NCBI GenBank assembly: GCA_036158955.1
Contig: JAYYFI010000012.1
Location: 1,945-65,944, forward strand
DNA length: 64,000 bases
Reading direction: 5' to 3'
Origin: Pseudomonadota bacterium
GTDB taxonomy: Bacteria > Pseudomonadota > Gammaproteobacteria > Ga0077536
Below, piece by piece: positions 36,293-46,184 of this stretch (the stretch's first letter is position 1; the number at the start of each line of letters is the position of its first letter). The notes below the pieces were generated by a model that was given only the letters and a program-made list of their open reading frames with translations, was not told where the DNA came from and made no database searches. The position numbers and the translations under genes are program-made.

Positions 36293-37150
36293 TTGTATGA
36301 GGTGGCGAAAATCAGTGCTTTAGGTAAAGTAAAACAAAATATTACGCCGCGTCTGGTCGTTTGTGCCGTAATTTCCTTCCTATGCATTTCAGTTGACCGA
36401 CAAAGTAATTATTTAAATCCAGTCAGAGAAACTCTTTCTTTTGTCGTTTATCCGATTCAATTAGCAGTTGACTTGCAAATGGGTCTTGCGGAAACAATTT
36501 CTAGTTATTTAAAAAAGCAAAAGACTCTTATGAGTGACTTAGAAAAATTAAGAACAGAGAATTTACAGCTTAGTGTTAGAGCGCAAAGGTATTCTGCCGT
36601 GAAAAGAGAGAATAGTAGATTAAGAGATCTTTTAGACTTTCCAGTTGTTCCGAACCAACGAACTATTGTTGCGAATATTTTGTCAATAGATACCAAAAGT
36701 GGTTCACAGCAAATCGTAGTCAATAAAGGTGAAAATACGGGAGCGCAGATTGGTCAAGCAATGATAGACGTGCATGGAGTTATTGGACAAGTTATAAAGG
36801 TTGGCCCATATTCTTCAGTTGGTTTATTAATCACAGATCCTAAACATTCCATTCCGGTTGAACTTAATAGAACGGGGCTCAGGGCCGTTGTTACTGGAAT
36901 AGACGAATCTAAAAAACTTTCATTATCGTTTGTACCGATAGATGCAGATGTGGTCGCTGGTGATCTTGTAGTTAGTTCTGGTTTGGGGAATAGATTTCCT
37001 TCTGGCTACCCTGTTGGGACCATTAAGTCTGTTGCTCGAGTAAATGGAGAATCTTTTGCTGATATTTCTGTAGAACCGATATCAGATCTTACCTTTTCAA
37101 GAGAAGTTCTTTTAGTCGGCTCCCCATCTCAAAATCAGGAGGTTGAATGA
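36293..37150 (+). CDS. mreC: rod shape-determining protein MreC
   Basis: 285 aa with a TTG start (uncertain), N-terminal TM segment, coiled coil (LRTENLQLSVRAQRY) and SSGLGNRFPSGYPVG. Lies between mreB and mreD. Confidence 0.88.
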   Translation: MYEVAKISALGKVKQNITPRLVVCAVISFLCISVDRQSNYLNPVRETLSFVVYPIQLAVDLQMGLAETISSYLKKQKTLMSDLEKLRTENLQLSVRAQRYSAVKRENSRLRDLLDFPVVPNQRTIVANILSIDTKSGSQQIVVNKGENTGAQIGQAMIDVHGVIGQVIKVGPYSSVGLLITDPKHSIPVELNRTGLRAVVTGIDESKKLSLSFVPIDADVVAGDLVVSSGLGNRFPSGYPVGTIKSVARVNGESFADISVEPISDLTFSREVLLVGSPSQNQEVE

Positions 37151-37659
37151 GGACGTTACAAACTTTCGGAAGGGATAGAAATCAAAGTGATCTAATAATT
37201 GCGGTGATTTCAATAATATTTGGCTTTATGCTAACAGCGATTCCCTTCCCAGACTGGTTGAGCGACTGGAAACCTAACTGGATTGGTCTTTTTGCATTTT
37301 ATTGGTGTATTACGGCTCCCCACAAAGTTGGAGTAGTTTTTTGCTTTTTTACCGGCATGTTTCTAGATGTTCAGCACGGTAGCTCACTTGGAGAACATGC
37401 TTTATGCTTATCTTTCCTTGCTTATTTCGCCGTAACAAATCATCGGAGATTTATACTATACCCGTCAATTCAACAATCTATCGTGATATTTTTTGTCATA
37501 TCCCTATACGGTTTAATCATCGCCAACATTCAAAGGTTTTCTTCTACTATTGCATTTGAATGGGGAGTTCTGTATCAAGCGTTGATTACTGCTATCGTAT
37601 GGCCATGGTTTCAATTAATCTTAGGTGAGTTGAGGCGACTTTTAACAAACCGTGTGTAA
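37147..37659 (+). CDS. mreD: rod shape-determining protein MreD
   Basis: 170-aa polytopic membrane ORF overlapping the mreC stop by 4 nt. Canonical position. Confidence 0.85.
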   Translation: MRTLQTFGRDRNQSDLIIAVISIIFGFMLTAIPFPDWLSDWKPNWIGLFAFYWCITAPHKVGVVFCFFTGMFLDVQHGSSLGEHALCLSFLAYFAVTNHRRFILYPSIQQSIVIFFVISLYGLIIANIQRFSSTIAFEWGVLYQALITAIVWPWFQLILGELRRLLTNRV

Positions 37660-37682
37660 AATAAATTATAGTTCAAATTGAA

Positions 37683-39569
37683 ATGAAGAGTTTTGGTGAA
37701 ATACGAGATAGTAATTTAGAAAGAGATATTTTTCTTAATAGAGTCATTCTGGGTGTTGTGGCAATTTTTTTGATGGTTTTTTTAGTCATAATTAGATTGA
37801 TTTATCTTCAGGTTTATAATCATCAGCACTATACAACTCTGTCGACTGATAACTATATTAAGGTTCGGCCGGTAGCTCCTCCGAGAGGTGTAATCTATAG
37901 CTCGGATGGTGTGATGCTAGCTGGAAATCGACCGTCCTTCAATCTAGTTGGGGTTCCAGAAAAAATAAGAGATAACGACGTACTCGTCTACGAATTATCT
38001 CAGATTCTTGATATTGACGAGTCCAAGCAACGTCAAATAATTAGAACTTTAGATACAGCTACTAGATTCACAGCAGTACCTCTCATAACTGATTTGAGCG
38101 AGGAACAAGTTGCTTTATTCTCTGTCAATAGTCATAAATTTACCGGAGTTACTATTGAGGCGGGTTTATCTAGGTTTTATCCTTTAGGGGGTGATACGGC
38201 TCATCTCCTTGGTTATGTGTCCAGAATCAGTAATACTGATAAAGTGAGGTTGCAAGATTCTAATTATGCTGCTACTCAGTACATTGGTAAAACCGGGGTT
38301 GAGCGTAAACAAGAGTTATTGCTTCATGGTACAGTTGGTAGTAAAACTATTGAAATAAATGCGGAAGGTAGACTGTTAAGAGTAGTTGACAGAGAACCTC
38401 CGGTGCCGGGCCAAGATCTTAGGTTGACCATTGACTCTAAACTTCAAAGTAAAGCTGCGTCTTTACTGAGAAATCTTGATAATCTAAGTGGTTCGATCGT
38501 AGCAATGGATGTGCGCACTGGAGGGGTGCTGGCTATAGCTAGTTATCCTTCGTATGATCCGAATGCTTTTGCGAGTGGAATTTCGCCAGAACTATACACT
38601 GCTTGGATGGATTCGCCGTTTCGCCCTTTATTTGATAGGTCGATCCAAGGGCAATATCCCCCAGGTTCGACTATCAAACCTCTACTAGCTTTAGCCGCTT
38701 TGGAGAATGGGCTATTGAGCTCCCATAAAGTAAAATGTAATGGTTGGTTCTCTTTGCCAAGAGACAGTCATAGGTATAGATGTTGGGAAAAGGAGGGGCA
38801 CGGTGTGGTCAACCTAGTTGAAGCGATAGAGCGTTCTTGTGATGTATTCTTTTACAGTTTATCCAATGATTTGGGTATAAAGATGATTTATACAGTACTT
38901 GACCGGTTTGGGCTTGGAAAAGCTACAGGGATAGATTTACCTAATGAAGAAAAAGGTTTAGTTCCATCTCCCGAATGGAAAAAGAAAGTGAAAAAACTAC
39001 CTTGGTATCCAGGTGAAACCGTTATAACGGGTATAGGTCAAGGTTTCCTGTTAGCCACCCCGCTACAACTTGCGAAGATCGCTGCTACCCTAGCAAATCG
39101 AGGCAGAGCAGTCGAACCTTTTGTTATTATGCAAACCGAGCAAGTTGAATCATCTAATAGCGAACAATCAGAAGATATAAATACGATTAAAAACCTACCG
39201 AATGACAGCCGGCATTGGAAAGTCGTCAATGACGGAATGGTTGCCGTCGTTCACAGTAGCAAGGGAACAGCAAGAGGAATTGGCTATACTTCCAAGACAA
39301 AAATTGCTGGAAAAACTGGTACTTCCCAAGTTTTTAGTATTGGCCAAGATGAAGAGCTCGATGAAGAGGATATACCTGATCATCTGAAAGACCATGCACT
39401 ATTTGTAGCCTATGCCCCTCCCATCAACCCTCAGATAGCGATAGCTGTGGTAGTTGAACATGGGGGTTCTGGAAGTGCTACGGCTGCACCATTAGCACGG
39501 GCTATATTAGACGAATATTTCAATAGGAAAGTAGATGCGGAACAATCTAATTTATCGTCTTCATATTGA
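37683..39569 (+). CDS. mrdA: penicillin-binding protein 2 (elongasome transpeptidase)
   Basis: 628 aa with an N-terminal TM segment, SxxK (PGSTIKP), SCDVFF and KTGTSQ motifs. Confidence 0.95.
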   Translation: MKSFGEIRDSNLERDIFLNRVILGVVAIFLMVFLVIIRLIYLQVYNHQHYTTLSTDNYIKVRPVAPPRGVIYSSDGVMLAGNRPSFNLVGVPEKIRDNDVLVYELSQILDIDESKQRQIIRTLDTATRFTAVPLITDLSEEQVALFSVNSHKFTGVTIEAGLSRFYPLGGDTAHLLGYVSRISNTDKVRLQDSNYAATQYIGKTGVERKQELLLHGTVGSKTIEINAEGRLLRVVDREPPVPGQDLRLTIDSKLQSKAASLLRNLDNLSGSIVAMDVRTGGVLAIASYPSYDPNAFASGISPELYTAWMDSPFRPLFDRSIQGQYPPGSTIKPLLALAALENGLLSSHKVKCNGWFSLPRDSHRYRCWEKEGHGVVNLVEAIERSCDVFFYSLSNDLGIKMIYTVLDRFGLGKATGIDLPNEEKGLVPSPEWKKKVKKLPWYPGETVITGIGQGFLLATPLQLAKIAATLANRGRAVEPFVIMQTEQVESSNSEQSEDINTIKNLPNDSRHWKVVNDGMVAVVHSSKGTARGIGYTSKTKIAGKTGTSQVFSIGQDEELDEEDIPDHLKDHALFVAYAPPINPQIAIAVVVEHGGSGSATAAPLARAILDEYFNRKVDAEQSNLSSSY

Positions 39570-40617
39570 TACTCCTTTGCTAGCGGGAGTAATAATTATG
39601 TGTCTTCTGGGGCTTGTGGTATTGTACTCAGCGTCCGAACAATCTTTCGATCTTGTCGCGAAACAAGGCCTTAGAATGTTGGTAGGCCTTCTATTAATGT
39701 TATTTGTGGCGCAAATACCTCCCCAAAGACTTGCACATTGGGCTCCTCTGGTATATGCGGGCGCTCTAATTTTGCTCTGTCTGGTTCTTTTATTTGGAAC
39801 AGGTAGAGGCGTTCAGAGGTGGCTGGATGCAGGTATTTTTCGATTTCAACCGTCGGAGTTGATGAAGCTAGTTGTACCGCTAATGGTTGCAAGCTTGGTG
39901 GCCAAAAAACTGCTTCCTCCTGATTTTAAAACAATACTTATCGCTATTTTTGTTATCGCGATACCTACATTTTTGATAGGAAGACAGCCAGATCTGGGTA
40001 CTGCAATAGTAGTTGCAGCTTCAGGTTTAGTTGTATTATTTTTTTCTGGGATAAGCTGGAAGTTTATTAGGAATAGTTTATTTTTTGGGATTGCCATTGC
40101 GCCCATAGGTTGGTTTGCTATGCATGAATATCAAAGACAAAGGATTCTCACCCTTTTTAATCCTGATAATGATGCTCTGGGAGCTGGTTATCATATAATT
40201 CAGTCCATAATAGCGGTTGGCTCAGGAGGAGTATTTGGTAAAGGTTGGCTTAACGGTACTCAATCTCATCTTGAATTTTTACCTGAGAGGGCTACTGACT
40301 TTATTTTTGCAGTTTATTGCGAAGAGTTTGGTCTGATTGGCGTGGTCGTAATGCTCTTAGGCTATAGCTTAATTATTGCTCGTGGTACTCAAATAGCTAT
40401 TTACGCCCAGGATACTTTTGGACGGCTTCTTTCTATTGTTCTGACATTGATGTTATTTGTGTCAGTATTTATTAATATGAGTATGGTTACCGGGCAACTT
40501 CCGGTGGTAGGAATCCCGTTGCCTCTAATCAGTTATGGAGGAACCTCGGTCGTAACGGTAATGATTTGTATGGGTGTATTAATGTCCATACAAACTCATA
40601 GGAGGTTGGTTTTTTAA
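39535..40617 (+). CDS. rodA: peptidoglycan glycosyltransferase RodA (SEDS family)
   Basis: 360-aa polytopic ORF with FQPSELMKL and LPLISYGGTS. Overlaps the mrdA 3-prime end by 35 nt. Confidence 0.95.
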   Translation: MRNNLIYRLHIDTPLLAGVIIMCLLGLVVLYSASEQSFDLVAKQGLRMLVGLLLMLFVAQIPPQRLAHWAPLVYAGALILLCLVLLFGTGRGVQRWLDAGIFRFQPSELMKLVVPLMVASLVAKKLLPPDFKTILIAIFVIAIPTFLIGRQPDLGTAIVVAASGLVVLFFSGISWKFIRNSLFFGIAIAPIGWFAMHEYQRQRILTLFNPDNDALGAGYHIIQSIIAVGSGGVFGKGWLNGTQSHLEFLPERATDFIFAVYCEEFGLIGVVVMLLGYSLIIARGTQIAIYAQDTFGRLLSIVLTLMLFVSVFINMSMVTGQLPVVGIPLPLISYGGTSVVTVMICMGVLMSIQTHRRLVF

Positions 40618-40619
40618 CC

Positions 40620-41621
40620 ATGAGGCTAGTCCTGCTAATACTAATCGTTTTGAGTTTTGATTTGCCAGCTTTTCCTCTGGCAAAAGAAACTATCAAGGAA
40701 TTTGTTGAGGAATTAAAAGCTTATCCTCAACTAGACTTAGAGAAGATAGATAGTTCTCTGCAGAATGTAAAAATCTCAAAAAAAATAATCGCCCTTATGG
40801 GTAGTCCACCCGAGAAGACCAAAACATGGGATCAATACAAAAGCTTATTAGTTAGTGAGCAACGCATTGAGCGAGGCTGTAGATTTTTAAAAAAAAATAA
40901 AGAAATTTTCCGCAAGGCAGAAACCAGATATGGAGTACCTGCCTCGATAATCGCAGGTATTATAGGAGTTGAAACTTATTATGGTAAAATAAAGGGTAAC
41001 CATGATGTTTTAACGGCACTTGCCACACTGGCGTTTCACTATCCATTAGATAACCCAAAAAGAAAAAAATTTTTTCGTTACCAGCTTAAAGAGTTTTTAG
41101 TTATGGCTGATAGGCAAGGAAGGGATTTCAACAGTTATAGAGGCTCTTATGCTGGTGCATTAGGAATACCACAATTTATGCCCGATAATTATCGTCGCTT
41201 GGCGGTTGACTTTGATAAAGATGGGAAAATCGATATTATAAACAGTGTTCAAGATGCTGTAGGTAGTATCGGAAATTTCCTGCGTTATCACGGATGGGTT
41301 CCTAACGAGTCAGTAATTATCACTGTGCCAAAATCCAATCATTTAAATACAAATAACATTGAATTAAACCCTAGTAGAACGAACATTACTCTTTCTGAGT
41401 TGATACCCAATTGGCAAAAAATAAAATATTTTCAAACAATAATTTCAGATTTTAATCATGATTCTGCTTCTGTTGCATTACTTGAACAAAGTGAAGATGG
41501 AAACATAAAACAATGGTTAGGTTTCGAAAATTTCTTTACCCTATTTCGTTATAACCCCCGTCTCTTTTATGCGCTGGCCGTAGCTTCCTTAGCGGATGCA
41601 CTTAATGAATGCGGGACATAA
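40620..41621 (+). CDS. mltB: lytic murein transglycosylase B family protein
   Basis: 333 aa with a signal peptide, GIIGVETYYG (catalytic Glu region), GALGIPQFMPDNY and DFDKDGKIDI. Confidence 0.88.
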   Translation: MRLVLLILIVLSFDLPAFPLAKETIKEFVEELKAYPQLDLEKIDSSLQNVKISKKIIALMGSPPEKTKTWDQYKSLLVSEQRIERGCRFLKKNKEIFRKAETRYGVPASIIAGIIGVETYYGKIKGNHDVLTALATLAFHYPLDNPKRKKFFRYQLKEFLVMADRQGRDFNSYRGSYAGALGIPQFMPDNYRRLAVDFDKDGKIDIINSVQDAVGSIGNFLRYHGWVPNESVIITVPKSNHLNTNNIELNPSRTNITLSELIPNWQKIKYFQTIISDFNHDSASVALLEQSEDGNIKQWLGFENFFTLFRYNPRLFYALAVASLADALNECGT

Positions 41622-41626
41622 GATAA

Positions 41627-42358
41627 ATGGTTTCCAAGATAGTTAGTTTTAGGTTATTGTTAGTAACTTTGATTATAGGATGTTCAAGTAATCAATTGGA
41701 AAAGAGGCCTGACACGCCAGTTGGGACAACTTCTGAGGATAGGGCATTTTATGAAGTATTTGGTCAGCGATATTACCCTATGGCAAGTGCGATTGGTTTC
41801 ACGCAAAAAGGATTAGCTTCTTGGTATGGTCCTAAATTCCACGGTAATAAAACATCCATTGGCGAAACGTTTGATATGTATAAAATGACAGCTGCTCATA
41901 AAACGTTACCACTCCCATCAAAAGTTTTAGTAACTAATTTAGAGAATGGGAAACAAATAGTGGTGCGGGTAAATGATCGTGGTCCTTTTGTGAAAGACCG
42001 AATTATTGACTTATCTTTTGCTGCTGCCAAGGCTTTAGAGTTTGATAAGAAAGGTACTGAACTAGTAGCCGTCGAGGTTTTGGCAAGTGCTGTAAACCAG
42101 GATGGAAAAACGGCTTCGTTGCTTTTTCCAGGTAAAATTGTTTATCAATTGGGGGCATTTAGAGTAAAAGAAAATGCAATAACGTTTCTAGAATCAAATA
42201 TGTTTAAATTAAAAGATTATTTTGTTCTCGATATTATAGATAAAAATGATGGCCTCTTTAGAGTATGGCTGGTTTTATCGGGAAAAGAAAAATGGTTAAA
42301 TAATCCTCATAAATTTTTTGAAATTAATGAAATAACAGAATATAAACGAGTTTTCTGA
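41627..42358 (+). CDS. rlpA: septal ring lytic transglycosylase RlpA family lipoprotein
   Basis: 243 aa with lipobox LIIGC, a DPBB domain (GLASWYGPKFHGNKTSIGETFDMYKMTAAHKTLPLPSKVLVTNLENGK...VRVNDRGPF) and a SPOR-like C-terminus. Confidence 0.9.
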   Translation: MVSKIVSFRLLLVTLIIGCSSNQLEKRPDTPVGTTSEDRAFYEVFGQRYYPMASAIGFTQKGLASWYGPKFHGNKTSIGETFDMYKMTAAHKTLPLPSKVLVTNLENGKQIVVRVNDRGPFVKDRIIDLSFAAAKALEFDKKGTELVAVEVLASAVNQDGKTASLLFPGKIVYQLGAFRVKENAITFLESNMFKLKDYFVLDIIDKNDGLFRVWLVLSGKEKWLNNPHKFFEINEITEYKRVF

Positions 42359-42371
42359 ATGCGATAGATAG

Positions 42372-43532
42372 ATGATTAGTTTTAAACTTAAATTTATTTT
42401 CGTCTCTTTTTTATTTATTAGTTTTAAGCTATGTGCTTTGGATCAATTCATAAAGCCTCCCGAGCCAATTTTGTCTGTTAGTTCATTTATTCTTATAGAT
42501 GCGAATACTGGAACTGTTCTTGCTGAAAATAATTCTTCTATGAGGATTGAACCAGCAAGTCTTGTGAAGATTATGACTACCTATGTTGCGGCTCATGCTA
42601 TAAAAGCCGGCCATGCAAATTTAGAAGATAAAGTTATTGTTAGTGAGAAAGCGTGGAGGATGGAAGGTTCGAGGATGTTCATAGAAGTGGATTCCGAAGT
42701 CTCTGTCGATTCACTATTGAACGGAATGATTATACAGTCTGGTAATGATGCCAGTGTAGCGCTAGCTGAGCATATTTACGGCTCAGAGGCCTCGTTTGTT
42801 AGCCAGATGAACGTTTTCGCAGAAAAGCTCGAACTAGAAGATACCAGTTTTGGAAATGTTACAGGTTTGCCAGAAAAAGAGACCTATACGACAGCCAAAG
42901 ATATGGTGAATTTATCCCAAAAACTCATTCATGAATTTCCTGAAATCTACAAAAGGTTCAGTGTAAAGTCTTATACGTTCAATAACATTATGCAAAGAAA
43001 TCGAAATATTTTACTGCGAAAAAGCGGATTTGTAGACGGAATAAAAACTGGATATACAGAATCCGCAGACTACTGTTTGGTGTCATCAGGTGATAATGGT
43101 CTAATTCGGTTAATAGCTGCAGTGATTGGCGCAAAGACTAATAAAGCTCGGTTTAGGGATACTAAAGCGTTGTTAGATTATGGTTTTCGTTTTTTCGAGT
43201 CAAAACGTTTGTTTGAAAAATCTACTGCCATAAGGAAGTTAAAGGTATGGGAAGGCGAGAATGATGAAATTGAAGTCGGCTCAGCAAGAGATATTTTCGC
43301 ATTGCGACCTGCCGGCCATTCTGAATCGGTGGATTTAGATATCGTCGTGAACAACAAATTGAGAGCACCTATAAAAAAAGGTCAAAAACTAGGTAAAATA
43401 GTGGTTGAAAATTATGGTGGAAAAGACACGGCATATGATCTTATTGCCTTAGAGGATGTCTTTGAAGGTGGTTTCTTTAAACGCTTGATTGATAGTGTGC
43501 TAATTCATTTTGAAGAAGACAGACATGAATAA
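42372..43532 (+). CDS. dacA: D-alanyl-D-alanine carboxypeptidase (PBP5/6 class)
   Basis: 386 aa with a signal peptide, SxxK (ASLVKIMT), SGND and KTGYT motifs. Same position as dacA/dacC in the E. coli and Pseudomonas clusters. Confidence 0.9.
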   Translation: MISFKLKFIFVSFLFISFKLCALDQFIKPPEPILSVSSFILIDANTGTVLAENNSSMRIEPASLVKIMTTYVAAHAIKAGHANLEDKVIVSEKAWRMEGSRMFIEVDSEVSVDSLLNGMIIQSGNDASVALAEHIYGSEASFVSQMNVFAEKLELEDTSFGNVTGLPEKETYTTAKDMVNLSQKLIHEFPEIYKRFSVKSYTFNNIMQRNRNILLRKSGFVDGIKTGYTESADYCLVSSGDNGLIRLIAAVIGAKTNKARFRDTKALLDYGFRFFESKRLFEKSTAIRKLKVWEGENDEIEVGSARDIFALRPAGHSESVDLDIVVNNKLRAPIKKGQKLGKIVVENYGGKDTAYDLIALEDVFEGGFFKRLIDSVLIHFEEDRHE

Positions 43533-44358
43533 TATTTGTTATTTAAACGGAGAGTTTGTGAATCTTGCAGATGCTAAGATTTCGGTGCTTGATCGAGGTT
43601 TTATTTTTGGAGAAGGAATCTACGAAGTGATGGCAGCTGTAGAGGGTAATCTTTTACATTTTAAAAATCATTTTGAGCGGCTGCAAGACGGTGCCAAAGA
43701 TATGCAGCTGGATATCCAATTTTCTGAAACTAAACTTCACGATCTTATTAAAGAAGTTCTTTCGCTAAACAACAATCCCTTTTGTTCCGTGTACTTGCAA
43801 TTTACAAAAGGCGCTGCGCCGCGCGACCATTATTATCCTACCAGATATGATCCAACATTATTTATAATGACGAGTCCAATTAATATGCCTCGTCGCTTGA
43901 ATGTTGTTAAAGCAATACTATTGAAGGATATACGATGGCAAAAATGTAACGTGAAATCTACTTCGCTTTACGCGAATACGTGGGCAAAAACTAAGGCTAA
44001 AAAATCCGGAGGAGAGGAAGCGATCTTCGAGAGAAATGGTATTTTGACTGAGGGCGCAACCTCAAATTTATTTTTAGTGCATAAAAATAAAGTTCTTACT
44101 CCTAAAGAAAACGAACATATACTCCCTGGAGTAACAAGAGAATTAGTTTTAGAGATAATGAGAAGAAAAAATATCGATCATGAGGAAACCAACATCTCAA
44201 TAGACAGTTTGTGGAAAGCCGATGAATTATTGCTAACCAGTACCACGAAAGGGATTGTCGCCGTAAAAGACATCAACGGTAAACAAATTGGTGACGGGGA
44301 AACGTTTAATCTTGGAGTTGAAATATTTCAAGCTTTGAAAACGCTAAGTTTCACTTAG
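43525..44358 (+). CDS. dat: D-amino-acid (D-alanine) aminotransferase, fold-type IV PLP enzyme
   Basis: Motifs YLQFTKGAAPRDHYYP, DIRWQKCNVKS (PLP-lysine motif), TEGATSNLF, ILPGVTR and DELLLTSTT parallel Bacillus Dat as I recall it. The start is ATG 43525 (MNNICYLNGEFV), overlapping dacA by 8 nt; the track TTG 43510 overlaps by 23 nt. Confidence 0.8.
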   Translation: MNNICYLNGEFVNLADAKISVLDRGFIFGEGIYEVMAAVEGNLLHFKNHFERLQDGAKDMQLDIQFSETKLHDLIKEVLSLNNNPFCSVYLQFTKGAAPRDHYYPTRYDPTLFIMTSPINMPRRLNVVKAILLKDIRWQKCNVKSTSLYANTWAKTKAKKSGGEEAIFERNGILTEGATSNLFLVHKNKVLTPKENEHILPGVTRELVLEIMRRKNIDHEETNISIDSLWKADELLLTSTTKGIVAVKDINGKQIGDGETFNLGVEIFQALKTLSFT

Positions 44359-45134
44359 CTCCTTAACCCCACACTTTTATGCATGCAAATTAAGCATATA
44401 AAGAAAAGAACGATAATCGATATGACCATCATACCTATTGAAAAGTATATATTTACGTCACTAACGCCGATAAAACTATACCTAAGTGCGTTTACCATAT
44501 AAAGAATAGGATTAATATGTGAAAGGTCTTTCCAAAACGGTGGCAATAAATTCACAGAATAAAAGATTCCACCCAAATAGGTCAAAGGGGCTAAGACAAA
44601 AGTAGGTATTACAGATATATCATCAAATTTTTTCGCGAAGATTGCATTAATAAAACCGCAAATAGCAAACAAAGCTGCTGTAAGAAGTACTACAGTTATT
44701 GCGATACCTATATGTTGAATGTCTATGTTTGTGAAACAACTTGCTACCGCGGTAACTATCATACCTACAAGTGCACCCCGGCAAATTCCTCCACAGACGT
44801 AACCTGCTAAAATGACACCATTAGGTGTCGGCGAAACTAACATTTCTTCTATGTGTCTTTGAAATTTTGCTCCAAAAAAAGACGATACAACATTGTTGTA
44901 TGAATTTGTTATTATCGACATCATTATTATGCCGGGCGCAATATATGAAACGTAATCGTGTCCTTCCATTGATCCCACGCGCGAACCTATGACACCTCCG
45001 AATATAACAAAATAAAGTGCCATGGTGATTGCTGGCGGGAAAAGAGTCTGAAGCCAAATACGTAAGAACCGCTTCAATTCTTTAGAAAAGATGGTATAGA
45101 AACTAATGAGCCAAGATCTGTATAGTTCTTTCAT
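44355..45134 (-). CDS. yadH: ABC-2 type transporter permease
   Basis: 259 aa that looks collinear along its length with E. coli YadH as I recall it (RIWLQTLFPPAITMALYFVIFG, FGAKFQRHIEEML, LPPFWKDLSHINP, C-terminal GLRS). Confidence 0.85.
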   Translation of the reverse strand: MKELYRSWLISFYTIFSKELKRFLRIWLQTLFPPAITMALYFVIFGGVIGSRVGSMEGHDYVSYIAPGIIMMSIITNSYNNVVSSFFGAKFQRHIEEMLVSPTPNGVILAGYVCGGICRGALVGMIVTAVASCFTNIDIQHIGIAITVVLLTAALFAICGFINAIFAKKFDDISVIPTFVLAPLTYLGGIFYSVNLLPPFWKDLSHINPILYMVNALRYSFIGVSDVNIYFSIGMMVISIIVLFFICLICMHKSVGLRS

Positions 45135-45144
45135 TAAGATTTTC

Positions 45145-46059
45145 CTAAGTAGGAGATACTAAGTCTAGAAAAAGTTTTTCAAGTCGGTTGTTTTTGTTTC
45201 TCATGCTTCTAATTGCAATACCCTTGTCTGATAACTTTAGAAACAAGGTATTAAGGCTTTTGTCTTTTTTATTAATGTTAATTTCAATTTGGTGCTTATC
45301 GATTGTTTTTAATTCGGGAAAATCGGCTATTTGTGATTCTGTTACTTCGTTTTCTAAATCTAAAATGTAACTCTCAGAATCTAATTGTGACAGGAGTCCC
45401 CGAAGTGAGGTGTCTTCTATTAAAAGACCAGAATTGATAATGCCTATGTTTTTACAGAGAATTTCAACTTCTTCTAGATTATGGGTCGTAAGAATGATAG
45501 TAGTGCCATGATTATTAAGCTCCTCTAGAAAGCTCCAGATGGAGTGCCTGATCTCAATATCAACTCCTGCAGTCGGCTCATCTAATAAAAGAAGTCTGGG
45601 TTTATGTACCAATGCACGAGCGATCATCAATCGCCTTTTCATGCCGCCAGATAAATTGCGCGAAACTTCTTTTCTTTTGTCCTCTAATCGCAGTTTCTTT
45701 AAAAGTTCGTTCAAACGTTCCTTAGCTAGATTTTTTGGCATACCGTAGAATCCAGCTTGATTAAGTACTATATCCTCCACAGTTTCGAATTGATTAAAGT
45801 TAATTTCTTGCGGTGTGATTCCAATAAAGCTTTTAGCAAGAGGAAAGTTTTCATCAATATCTGTATTAAAAATTTTAACTGAGCCTGAAGTTTTTCTAAT
45901 AAGTGAGCTAACTATTCCTATAATAGTAGATTTTCCTGCTCCGTTAGGTCCAAGTAAACCAAAAAAATCGCCCTGAGCTACTTGTAAATTAATCCCTTTT
46001 AATGCATTGGTACCGTTCGTATACGTTTTTTTTAATGATTTTATATCTAAAGCATTCAT
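45145..46059 (-). CDS. yadG: ABC transporter ATP-binding protein
   Basis: 304 aa with Walker A GPNGAGKST, signature LSGGMKRR and Walker B LLLLDEPTAGVD. Paired with yadH. Confidence 0.85.
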   Translation of the reverse strand: MNALDIKSLKKTYTNGTNALKGINLQVAQGDFFGLLGPNGAGKSTIIGIVSSLIRKTSGSVKIFNTDIDENFPLAKSFIGITPQEINFNQFETVEDIVLNQAGFYGMPKNLAKERLNELLKKLRLEDKRKEVSRNLSGGMKRRLMIARALVHKPRLLLLDEPTAGVDIEIRHSIWSFLEELNNHGTTIILTTHNLEEVEILCKNIGIINSGLLIEDTSLRGLLSQLDSESYILDLENEVTESQIADFPELKTIDKHQIEININKKDKSLNTLFLKLSDKGIAIRSMRNKNNRLEKLFLDLVSPT

Positions 46060-46184
46060 GTGTATTTATTTTGTAAAATGTTGTTGTATTATAACACTAC
46101 GAAATGGTTGGTTTAAACGAACAAATGACCTAGCTTTAATAACGCCTAAATAAACGATTAAAAAATCAATTTTTATAAAAATTT

